Below, piece after piece: positions 7,546-14,750 of a stretch of 21,289 nucleotides of DNA. The position numbers were made by a program, and so were the translations under genes. Position 1 is the first letter of the stretch. Each line of letters begins with the position of its first letter. This DNA is from a virus. The stretch lies in the IMG/VR virus record IMGVR_UViG_3300018413_000050. One strand, 5' to 3'. The notes below the pieces were generated by a model. That model had not been told where the DNA came from and searched no databases. It worked only from the letters and a program-made list of their open reading frames with translations.

Positions 7546-8748
7546 ATGATTTGGTTTTTAATTTTTACACCCACATTATTTATTTTATACTTTTTATATA
7601 AAAGTAATTTTGATTTTAAATTATATACATGGTATGAGTATTTAATACCATATGTATCTACATTATTATTAATATGGATAATCACTTCTATTGATTCTAT
7701 GTTTTCAACAACTGGTAAACAATATATTAATTCACAAGTTACACACGCCGTGTTTGAAGAAGCGTATGAAACTTATGTAGAAAAAACATGTTCTAGACAA
7801 GTTAAAGTTGGAGAAAATTGTACAACGGATTCAAATGGTAATAAATCATGTACAGATATTTATGAAACTGAATACTATGATTGTTCTTATTGTGATTATA
7901 TACCAGAATTGTATTATTTAGTAGATAATTATAATCAAACATATACTATATCTAAATCAAGATATTATGATTTAAAGAAAAATTGGAAATCTATTAGTAT
8001 TTTTAAAGATATGCATAGAGATATTAATTATCATGGATATTGTGGTAAAGATGGTGATGCTTATATAATTTTATGGAATAAAAATCCATATACATCTATA
8101 AATAAAGTTAAAACAGAAAGTTATGAAAATAAATTATTAAGTAATAAATCATTAGCTAATTATATTGAAGTTAAAGAAGATGATATTAAAAATTATAAGT
8201 TATTTTCATATCCTAAAGTTAATAATATTAGTGAACAAATTAATGTATTAGGTTTAGATAAGTTTAAAAATATTTCAAATCATGATAAATATAAATTTAC
8301 AAAATATATTGAATATATTAATGGTAAATATGGACCATTATATAAAGTAAAAGTATTTGTTTTATTTTTTAAAGATTCAAGTCCTATCACAGCTAATTTT
8401 CAAGAAGCTTATTGGACAGGTGGAAATCAAAATGAATTAGTTATTTGTATAGGTTTATCCAATAAAGGTGACGTTAGATGGACTAAAACTTTTTCTCATA
8501 CGTACAATACTAAAATCTTATCAGACATTCGCTACGACTTTCAATCGTATTCTAAATTTGATTATAAGATGGTAAATACAATAGAAAAAAATGTTTCTAA
8601 ATTTAAACATAGAAATTTTAAAAAAGATTTTGAATTTGTAAAAGAAGATCAAACATCTACAACAGCTTTAGTATTTTTAACAATTTTTATTTTAGTGTCT
8701 AATTTCCTTATTGTGAAATGGATTACTGAAAATGATATTTACGCATAA
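7546..8748 (+). CDS. Cys-containing membrane protein with N- and C-terminal TMs, adjacent to LemA-like gene
   Basis: 400 aa; TMs at both ends, central cysteines (CSRQVKVGENC, CSYCDY). Confidence 0.75.
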   Translation: MIWFLIFTPTLFILYFLYKSNFDFKLYTWYEYLIPYVSTLLLIWIITSIDSMFSTTGKQYINSQVTHAVFEEAYETYVEKTCSRQVKVGENCTTDSNGNKSCTDIYETEYYDCSYCDYIPELYYLVDNYNQTYTISKSRYYDLKKNWKSISIFKDMHRDINYHGYCGKDGDAYIILWNKNPYTSINKVKTESYENKLLSNKSLANYIEVKEDDIKNYKLFSYPKVNNISEQINVLGLDKFKNISNHDKYKFTKYIEYINGKYGPLYKVKVFVLFFKDSSPITANFQEAYWTGGNQNELVICIGLSNKGDVRWTKTFSHTYNTKILSDIRYDFQSYSKFDYKMVNTIEKNVSKFKHRNFKKDFEFVKEDQTSTTALVFLTIFILVSNFLIVKWITENDIYA

Positions 8749-8760
8749 AAAAAAAAAAAT

Positions 8761-9138
8761 ATGAAAGAAGAATTAATTAGTTTAAGAACAGCAAAATTAG
8801 CTAAAGAGAAAGGGTTTAAAGCAAATTTATGTAGAGAACTCTTTTATCCTGATATTTATAACAAAGGAGAATTTATAACAAATGAATGTACACATGATTG
8901 GGAATTAATTGAAGATAAGGATTGGTACTCAAGACCAACACAATCCTTACTTCAAAAATGGATTAGAGAAGTTCATAATATTGATGTATTTGCAGATTGT
9001 ATAGGTTCAGGTAAATACTTTTACACAATATACGTCAACGATGAGTCTGATACCAAATTTGTACAAGATGATGAATATAAATTTGAAGTGGCTTTAGAAG
9101 AAGGATTATTTCAGGCATTAAAATTAATTAAGATATGA
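8761..9138 (+). CDS. hypothetical small phage/plasmid-type protein, paralog A
   Basis: 125 aa; ATGA overlap with next gene. Confidence 0.75.
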   Translation: MKEELISLRTAKLAKEKGFKANLCRELFYPDIYNKGEFITNECTHDWELIEDKDWYSRPTQSLLQKWIREVHNIDVFADCIGSGKYFYTIYVNDESDTKFVQDDEYKFEVALEEGLFQALKLIKI

Positions 9139-9575
9139 AACCAACATACGTAACATTTGAACAAGCTAAATGGCTTAAAGAAAAGGGATTTAAAGAAAGA
9201 CCGGCACATATTAAAATGGACACCGAATATATTGAAGGATATAGTTATGATACAGATGATAGAGAAGATTATTTAAAAGATACAAGTTTTCAATTTGAAG
9301 ATAATATATGTAGTCATCTGTATTTAAAACCTGAACAACATCAAGTGGTAGAATGGCTAAGGGTTAATCATAATATTGATTTACAACCTATATGTCATTA
9401 TGGTAAGTTAGGTAGAACTTATAGAATGGGTCTAGTATTTATAAACAAGAATAATGAAGTTGACACAGTATTTCTAAGACCTATTGACGAACCGTTTAGT
9501 TTTGTTGAGTTCCTTTCACCACAAGAAGCATATTCAGAAGCGTTTAATTATATAAGAAACAATAATTTATTATGA
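9135..9575 (+). CDS. hypothetical protein, paralog B of 8761 CDS
   Basis: 146 aa; shared AKxxKEKGFK and Q..v..W(I/L)R..HNID segments. Confidence 0.75.
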   Translation: MKPTYVTFEQAKWLKEKGFKERPAHIKMDTEYIEGYSYDTDDREDYLKDTSFQFEDNICSHLYLKPEQHQVVEWLRVNHNIDLQPICHYGKLGRTYRMGLVFINKNNEVDTVFLRPIDEPFSFVEFLSPQEAYSEAFNYIRNNNLL

Positions 9576-10318
9576 AAAACATACATTTAATACCAACGGA
9601 TAAACCAAGTAGGTTAGTTAAATTCTTTACTAACAAATTTCATTTATGTAAAGAGATACTGCCAATTCAAGATGAAGAGCAATATCAACACATCTATATC
9701 ACTTCTGATGAAGAAATAAAAGAAGGAGATTGGTACATTATTGAATTTAATAGTACAAAAATCACAAAATGTACCTCTGAACAAGAATTAATAAGTATAG
9801 AAGGTAGAAACGATTGTCAAAAAATCATCATAACGACAGACCAAGATTTAATCGAAGATGATGTACAAGCTATTGATGATGAATTTTTAGAATGGTTTGT
9901 TAAAAATCCAAGTTGTGAGAAAGTTGAGGTTAAGCCATTACTATCTAATAATGGCAGAGTTTTATTTGGGTACAAAATAATCATTCCTAAAGAAGAACTT
10001 ACAAGAAAAATTGACACAAGAAAACCAAAACAATATCCTATAGGAGGTTATGCTCCTGGAAATTATTCATGCACTTGTGTTACTTGTAAAATTGATTTTA
10101 TAGGTGATAAATTAGCTGTTCAATGTGAACCTTGCGCTATTGAGATGACAGAAGGAAAATCAAAAGAAGAACAAATAAAAAAAGAAATACTCAAATGTAA
10201 AGAATCTCCTTACTATTTTGCTACAACATATCTAACAATAAAAAATCATAAAGGAGAAAATGTTAAATATGAAACTTACTTAACAGAAAAAGAATTTAAT
10301 AGTAAATTTAACTTATGA
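9572..10318 (+). CDS. hypothetical protein with zinc-finger-like CTCVTCKIDF...CEPC
   Basis: 248 aa, ATGA couplings on both sides. Confidence 0.7.
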   Translation: MKNIHLIPTDKPSRLVKFFTNKFHLCKEILPIQDEEQYQHIYITSDEEIKEGDWYIIEFNSTKITKCTSEQELISIEGRNDCQKIIITTDQDLIEDDVQAIDDEFLEWFVKNPSCEKVEVKPLLSNNGRVLFGYKIIIPKEELTRKIDTRKPKQYPIGGYAPGNYSCTCVTCKIDFIGDKLAVQCEPCAIEMTEGKSKEEQIKKEILKCKESPYYFATTYLTIKNHKGENVKYETYLTEKEFNSKFNL

Positions 10319-10575
10319 AACAAGAAACGATTGAAGAAGCTACTAAAAATTGGATTACTGAAAATAGTGGTATTAAACTATTATTAACTCCTGACTTTAT
10401 AAGAGAATCTTTTAAATCAGGTGCTAAATGGAAAGCTAAAAATAGTTATAGTGAAGAAGAAGTATATAAAATTATACAAAAATTAAGATTAAAATTAAAA
10501 TCTGGTGTTAAACAATGGCAAGATGATTTTGAATTTGATATAGAAAAATGGTTCAAAAAAAATAAAAAAGTATAA
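10315..10575 (+). CDS. hypothetical protein
   Basis: 86 aa, ATGA coupled. Confidence 0.6.
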   Translation: MKQETIEEATKNWITENSGIKLLLTPDFIRESFKSGAKWKAKNSYSEEEVYKIIQKLRLKLKSGVKQWQDDFEFDIEKWFKKNKKV

Positions 10576-10622
10576 TTTTTTAAGTTTAATTATTTATTTA
10601 TATTATTGTAAATAAAAATAAT

Positions 10623-11078
10623 ATGGAAAAGTATAAAATAGCAGAAGAAAATTTAAAAAATTTTTTAGAAGAGAATAAACATATATTTGATACTAAAGAA
10701 AGATTAGAAATTACATTAAAAAATGAACGGTTGATTTACTTAAAAAATAAAGAAAGTATTAAACCACCATTTCCTATTAAAAAATGGATTAATTTATCAT
10801 TTTTTAGTGAAATTTCAACGATAACAGAAAGTGATATTGAAGATTATAAAGAAGACTTTGAAGAATCTGGTGATGAATTAGATGAAAAATTATATAAAGA
10901 ACTGAAAGTTCTTATTGGTTGGAATATAGATTATAAATCAAATTGTGATAATGTAATTAATGATAGTGATTATTATGATTGTTCTATTACTTTTACTTCA
11001 CCATCAGGTAATAGTTATAGTTGTACTCAAAGAACATGTCTAGCTATGGGTGAATTTAATAATATGATATTGAAATGA
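10623..11078 (+). CDS. hypothetical protein
   Basis: 151 aa. Confidence 0.65.
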   Translation: MEKYKIAEENLKNFLEENKHIFDTKERLEITLKNERLIYLKNKESIKPPFPIKKWINLSFFSEISTITESDIEDYKEDFEESGDELDEKLYKELKVLIGWNIDYKSNCDNVINDSDYYDCSITFTSPSGNSYSCTQRTCLAMGEFNNMILK

Positions 11079-11422
11079 AAAAACAATTACCAATAAAATC
11101 TGAAGAAATATTTTTAAATTCTTTATAATCATTTAAAAATACATTTGAATTTCCTTTAAACATTACTAAAGAAGTAAAAAGTATTTTAAATTTAAATAAT
11201 TTTGATAAAAAATCTATATTAAATCAATCTTTTAAAATATATTTTATACCTAATGAAGGATTAAAATATTTAACATTAATAGATTATGACCAAGAAACAG
11301 ATGAATATAAATGTCATTTAAAAGATGAAATTTTAAATAAAAAAAAAAAATCAAATAATATTTCAAATATATTTTTATTATTAAAAAATAATATGTATAT
11401 TTGTAAAACAATAACAAAATGA
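11075..11422 (+). pseudogene. CDS interrupted by in-frame TAA at codon 18 (11126-11128)
   Basis: ATGA coupling to upstream gene; MKKQLPIKSEEIFLNSL*SFKNTFEFPLNITKEVKSILNLNNFDKKSILNQ... in one frame through TGA at 11420-11422. Confidence 0.55.
11363..11411 (+). repeat. 49-bp promoter-bearing direct repeat, copy 1
   Basis: TCAAATATATTTTTATTATTAAAAAATAATATGTATATTTGTAAAACAA; 48/49 identical to 11478-11526. Confidence 0.85.
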
Positions 11423-11477
11423 TGTTATAACATCAAAAAAAAAGTTTTTTGACATATTAAAAAAAAAAAAAAATAAA

Positions 11478-11526
11478 TCAAATATATTTTTATTATTGAA
11501 AAATAATATGTATATTTGTAAAACAA
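11478..11526 (+). repeat. 49-bp promoter-bearing direct repeat, copy 2, upstream of tRNA-like array 2
   Basis: TCAAATATATTTTTATTATTGAAAAATAATATGTATATTTGTAAAACAA, contains TATATTTG at 11511-11518. Confidence 0.85.
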
Positions 11527-11593
11527 AATAAAAGAACCAGTAGTTTGCGATAGAAATGTTATAAAACTAGAATACGTCATATTTATTTTGTAC

Positions 11594-11665
11594 GCCGAAG
11601 TAGCTCAGTGGTAGAGCAATGGGTGAATAACTCTTGTGTCAGTGGTTCGATTCCACTCTTCGGTA
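11594..11665 (+). tRNA. tRNA-like, abnormal anticodon arm, isotype unresolved
   Basis: Acceptor GCCGAAG/CTTCGGT, D-arm GCTC/GAGC, T-arm AGTGG TTCGATT CCACT; anticodon arm ATGGG TGAATAA CTCTT has a T-T mismatch and G at position 33. Confidence 0.7.
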
Positions 11666-11705
11666 CAATAAAAAAGGATAAAAAACAATTTTTAGATAAT
11701 GTTGA

Positions 11706-11774
11706 CTTTATGTAGCTCAATTGGGAGAGCATCGGCAAAACCGAAGGTAAGTGGTTCGAAACCACTCATAATGA
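11706..11774 (+). tRNA. tRNA-like with shortened anticodon arm, no assignable anticodon
   Basis: D-arm GCTC/GAGC, T-arm AGTGG TTCGAAA CCACT, acceptor CTTTATG/CATAATG (one mismatch); anticodon arm reduced to TCGG CAAAA CCGA. Confidence 0.6.
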
Positions 11775-11869
11775 GTTTTTTGAAAATATGAAGTTTAGAA
11801 ATAAACGAAACTTATCGCCTGTATTAGGTGCACATAATACAGGAAAAATATTAAATTTAATTTATCATT

Positions 11870-12091
11870 ATGACAAGAGAAGATAAAATTAAGAAAAAAC
11901 AAGAACGAAAATACAAACGTATAGGAAAACGAATTGAAAAAGATAAAAAATATATATCTTTTTTAGTTAATGATTATTCATATAGACGTGGTATTTCATA
12001 TGCAAGAAAAAGATTATCTGGTAGATTATTTGGATGTGAAATGGGATATTTTGATTGTGAAATGCGTGGATATTGTAATGGTGATTGTTAA
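11870..12091 (+). CDS. small basic Cys-containing protein inside tRNA-like array
   Basis: 73 aa, MTREDKIKKKQERKYKRIGKRIEKDKKYISFLVNDYSYRRGISYARKRLSGRLFGCEMGYFDCEMRGYCNGDC. Confidence 0.5.
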   Translation: MTREDKIKKKQERKYKRIGKRIEKDKKYISFLVNDYSYRRGISYARKRLSGRLFGCEMGYFDCEMRGYCNGDC

Positions 12092-12100
12092 AAAATAAAT

Positions 12101-12160
12101 AGCGGTGTAGCTCAATTGGTAAGAGCAGTACTTTTGGTGGTTCGATTCCATCTGTCGCTA
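12101..12160 (+). tRNA. tRNA-like lacking an anticodon arm
   Basis: Acceptor AGCGGTG/TGTCGCT (with G-U pairs), D-arm GCTC/GAGC, T-arm GGTGG TTCGATT CCATC; only GTACTTTT lies between D-arm/base 26 and T-arm. Confidence 0.55.
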
Positions 12161-12179
12161 CTAAGAAACATATAGAAAG

Positions 12180-12405
12180 TAAAACAAGTAATACAGACCA
12201 TCTTAAGAGACATTACTATAGTATTTGTGAATGTGATAGTTTTTAAACTTAACTCTTATTGTAAAAGAAGTATTTACAACACAACAAGAAGTGTTTTTTG
12301 TTTTATGAGTATGATGAAAAAGACTGGGCTACCTAAGTAGAAGACCGTTGTGTTACCTTGATGTAATATAGTAATCCCTATCTTGAAGGATGTGTTTTTT
12401 TTTTT
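12180..12405 (+). ncRNA. candidate structured ncRNA (~220 nt) ending in T-run
   Basis: No ORF; long-range 9-bp helix ATTACTATA(12212-12220)/TATAGTAAT(12367-12375) nesting 8-bp AACACAAC(12278-12285)/GTTGTGTT(12347-12354), inner CTAC CTAA GTAG hairpin, followed by T-run. Confidence 0.45.
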
Positions 12406-12456
12406 AATTAATTTAAAAATATTTTAAACTTTTTTTTAAATTGAATATATAAATTA

Positions 12457-12464
12457 TATATTTG
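12457..12464 (+). promoter_or_regulatory. TATATTTG promoter for tRNA-like plus large ncRNA candidate
   Basis: AAATTATATATTTGTAAAAACAAAATG. Confidence 0.6.
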
Positions 12465-12503
12465 TAAAAACAAAATGAAAACGTTCATTTTAAAAATATA
12501 AAT

Positions 12504-12569
12504 GGGAGAGTAGCTCAGTTGTTAGAGCAGTCGATTGACGGGTCGGTGGTTAAATTCCATCCTCTCCCA
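12504..12569 (+). tRNA. tRNA-like with truncated anticodon arm
   Basis: Acceptor GGGAGAG/CTCTCCC, D-arm GCTC/GAGC, T-arm GGTGG TTAAATT CCATC; only 15 nt between base 26 and T-arm (normally about 21-22). Confidence 0.6.
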
Positions 12570-12570
12570 C

Positions 12571-13223
12571 TTTAAAGTTCATTGAAATTATAAATTTCCG
12601 AGTTGTACGGAATTAAAATTTAATATTGAAGCTGGTATTAAATCTATTTATAGAATATACAAAGGTGTGTATAATCAGAATTATGCTAGACATAATCGGT
12701 AGTCTTTTTACAGATGAAAGAGTTATACGGTAAAACACCGACCTAACAAAGTGATTAGCATCATCTAAAAAGGTCATTAATTTAAAAAAAGAGTATATAA
12801 TGCTAAATATATACGTGGTTATTTAAATAATAGAGGGATTTGTAAGTTTATCCTTTAGAAGCGCAAAATCTTTACATACATATAACATATAAATTATGAT
12901 ATTGTGTTGGAAAAATTAGAAATAATTAAAACTAACTATATACAAATGTAGTGCCAAACAAATAGTGTAAAAAGTTATTTGTCTCCAAAAGAGGTATATA
13001 TATTATATGCCAACGTATAATGTATTTACAATTGATTAATAAGAGTGAATCGAGAACATATCTTATGAAAGATTAGAAGTTTGTATATAAATAAAGTTTC
13101 AGTTCTTACGATAACTGAATGGCAAATGATATGAAGATCAGTACAATGGTCGTGTAACTAACTTATTTCGATAAGGTCATATCTGAAAACGAATAATAGT
13201 GCTAAGACGTTTTTTATTTTTTT
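12571..13223 (+). ncRNA. candidate large structured noncoding RNA (~650 nt)
   Basis: No supported ORF. Many perfect or near-perfect hairpins: TTCCG/CGGAA 12596-12612; ATGCTA/TAGCAT 12683-12761 enclosing TCGGT/ACCGA and TTTTAC/GTAAAA; GTATATA/TATATAC 12793-12814; ACAAATA/TATTTGT 12958-12982; ATCTT/AAGAT 13060-13073; TTCAGTT/AACTGAA 13098-13119; GATATGA/TCATATC 13128-13183 with internal CTTAT-TTCG-ATAAG; ends at terminator-like AAAACG/CGTTTTTT. Confidence 0.6.
13186..13223 (+). terminator. terminator-like end of large ncRNA
   Basis: AAAACG - 16 nt - CGTTTTTTATTTTTTT. Confidence 0.45.
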
Positions 13224-13267
13224 ATAACAAATATATTTAATATATAGTTATAAATAATATATTTTAA

Positions 13268-13294
13268 TGAGAAATTGTTAATTTATATTCTGCG
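13268..13294 (+). repeat. 27-nt direct repeat preceding initiator-like tRNA 1
   Basis: TGAGAAATTGTTAATTTATATTCTGCG, 24/27 identical to 13421-13447. Confidence 0.75.
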
Positions 13295-13377
13295 CGGTCG
13301 ACTAGTGGTCAAGGTCATTGGGCTCATAACCCAACGTATCGAAAGGTACACGTGGAGTTCGAATCTCCCCTTCGCTA
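13291..13377 (+). tRNA. initiator-like tRNA(CAT) with extended variable arm
   Basis: Anticodon arm TTGGG CTCATAA CCCAA with the GGG:CCC signature, unpaired 1:72 (T-T), 18-nt variable region with GTATC GAAA GGTAC hairpin, T-loop TTCGAAT. Confidence 0.7.
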
Positions 13378-13420
13378 CATAAAAATAATCCTAGAATGTA
13401 GGAAATTTGATATATGATAG

Positions 13421-13447
13421 TGAGAAATTGCTAATATATATCCTGCG
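13421..13447 (+). repeat. 27-nt direct repeat preceding initiator-like tRNA 2
   Basis: TGAGAAATTGCTAATATATATCCTGCG. Confidence 0.75.
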
Positions 13448-13513
13448 GTTTGATGTAATTGGTAGCATAGAGGGCTCATAACCCTACGGCCAGGTTCGAG
13501 TCCTGAATCCGCT
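13445..13513 (+). tRNA. tRNA(CAT), initiator-like anticodon arm, irregular body
   Basis: GCGGTTT/AATCCGC acceptor (one T-T mismatch), AGGG CTCATAA CCCT, CAGG TTCGAGT CCTG. Confidence 0.65.
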
Positions 13514-13612
13514 TCTAAATACTACTACTAATGATAAAAAAGTTGAAAATTAATTTTCAACTTTTTTTTTTATATAAACTTTTTAATTTATATAATTGTA
13601 AAAAAAAATAAA

Positions 13613-14119
13613 ATGAAAATAGCATTTTTTCATGGTTTAGGTGGTAAACCTGCAAATGATCGTATGGATTATCTAACATCATTAGGATATGAAGTATATT
13701 ATCCACATATAGATTATTTGTATGAATATAATAAAGATAATTTTAATTCATTATTTAAAAATATGTCCTCTAATGTAGCTGATTGTGATCTTTTAATGGG
13801 AACATCAATGGGTGGATATTTAACGTATAAGATGGCTTTATACACTGGAAAAAATGGTATTTTAATTAATCCTGCTTTAAATCAAGATAGAAATAATTTA
13901 AAAAATTATTTTAATGAAAAATTTATATCTAAAATGCCAAATTTAGAAGTATATTTTGGAAAATTAGATACATCTGTATTAATGATAAATCAAATTCCTA
14001 TTTTAGAAAATGAATTTGATTTATATAATAATATAGATCCACATATTATATCTGATATGAAACATCGTGTTCCTATTCATAATTTTAAAGAAATATGTAC
14101 ATTATCTAAATTTTTATAA
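13613..14119 (+). CDS. YqiA/YcfP-like alpha/beta hydrolase (esterase)
   Basis: MKIAFFHGLGGKP oxyanion-type motif, GTSMGG nucleophile elbow, short 168-aa hydrolase with KHRVPI near the C-terminus. Confidence 0.7.
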   Translation: MKIAFFHGLGGKPANDRMDYLTSLGYEVYYPHIDYLYEYNKDNFNSLFKNMSSNVADCDLLMGTSMGGYLTYKMALYTGKNGILINPALNQDRNNLKNYFNEKFISKMPNLEVYFGKLDTSVLMINQIPILENEFDLYNNIDPHIISDMKHRVPIHNFKEICTLSKFL

Positions 14120-14164
14120 AATGAAAAAAAATAAATAAATTAGATACTGGCGATATTAGTATAT

Positions 14165-14233
14165 ATGTTATTTTTTCTTCTTTTGTTATTAGTCTTTTAT
14201 ATTGTTTTTATATGTTATATTTATGTAGTTTAA
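14165..14233 (+). CDS. possible 22-aa hydrophobic microprotein (MLFFLLLLLVFYIVFICYIYVV)
   Basis: ATG-to-TAA in an otherwise empty gap; composition could be chance in T-rich DNA. Confidence 0.2.
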   Translation: MLFFLLLLLVFYIVFICYIYVV

Positions 14234-14276
14234 ATTTAATTTAATTTAATATATAATAAAAAAATATTAAATTAAT

Positions 14277-14627
14277 ATGATAACAAATATAAATGAATTT
14301 AAAATAAATGATTTTAAAACTATGAATGAAAATTCTGAACAAAAATATAAAATAGGTGATAAAGTTACGGTATTTAATTGGGCTCCAGTATTTAATCCAT
14401 ATAAAGAGATAATTGATGTTGGTATATGTAAAGAGATTTCAACATTTGGTCAACAAAAAGATTATTTAATAACACATAATGATTATTTTAGTTCTTTAGA
14501 TGAAGAAGACTTACCAGATGATAATGATGTTGCGATATTAGTAGATAATGAATGGTATGTTGTATTTGACGTATTAGGAATTGAATTATTTGCAGGTAAT
14601 TATAAAGTATATTTAAATAAAAAATAA
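14277..14627 (+). CDS. small protein with CTS-like N-terminus (MITNINEFKINDFKTMNE)
   Basis: 116-aa ORF. Confidence 0.65.
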   Translation: MITNINEFKINDFKTMNENSEQKYKIGDKVTVFNWAPVFNPYKEIIDVGICKEISTFGQQKDYLITHNDYFSSLDEEDLPDDNDVAILVDNEWYVVFDVLGIELFAGNYKVYLNKK

Positions 14628-14647
14628 ATAAATTTTTATAATTAAAA

Positions 14648-14670
14648 AATAAATCATATAATTGTAAAAA
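14648..14670 (+). repeat. promoter-like direct repeat copy 1
   Basis: AATAAATCATATAATTGTAAAAA identical to 14751-14773. Confidence 0.8.
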
Positions 14671-14750
14671 TAAATTAAACTTTATATAAAGTTTAAGATA
14701 TAAATTAAAGAAATAACAAAAAAAATTAAAAAAAGTTTTTATTTTTATAA

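Noticed and set aside
7431-7685. 84-aa minus-strand ORF
   Set aside because: Crosses a terminator and overlaps the 7546 membrane protein antisense.
9817-10017. 66-aa minus-strand ORF
   Set aside because: Antisense to the well-supported 9572-10318 gene in a coupled operon.
11583-11765. 60-aa minus-strand ORF (...SGIEPLTQELFTHCSTTELLRR...)
   Set aside because: Antisense translation of tRNA-like sequences; a classic spurious annotation.
12571-13223. Group II intron, RNase P RNA or tmRNA as the identity of the large structured region
   Set aside because: No domain V-like hairpin (AGC...GUU), no GUGCG 5' end, no recognised RNase P core or tmRNA tag ORF with ALAA-type ending was seen by eye. Rfam search is still required.
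14120-14276. Structured RNA in the gap after the hydrolase
   Set aside because: Very T-rich with no convincing long helices; only a weak 22-aa hydrophobic ORF noted.
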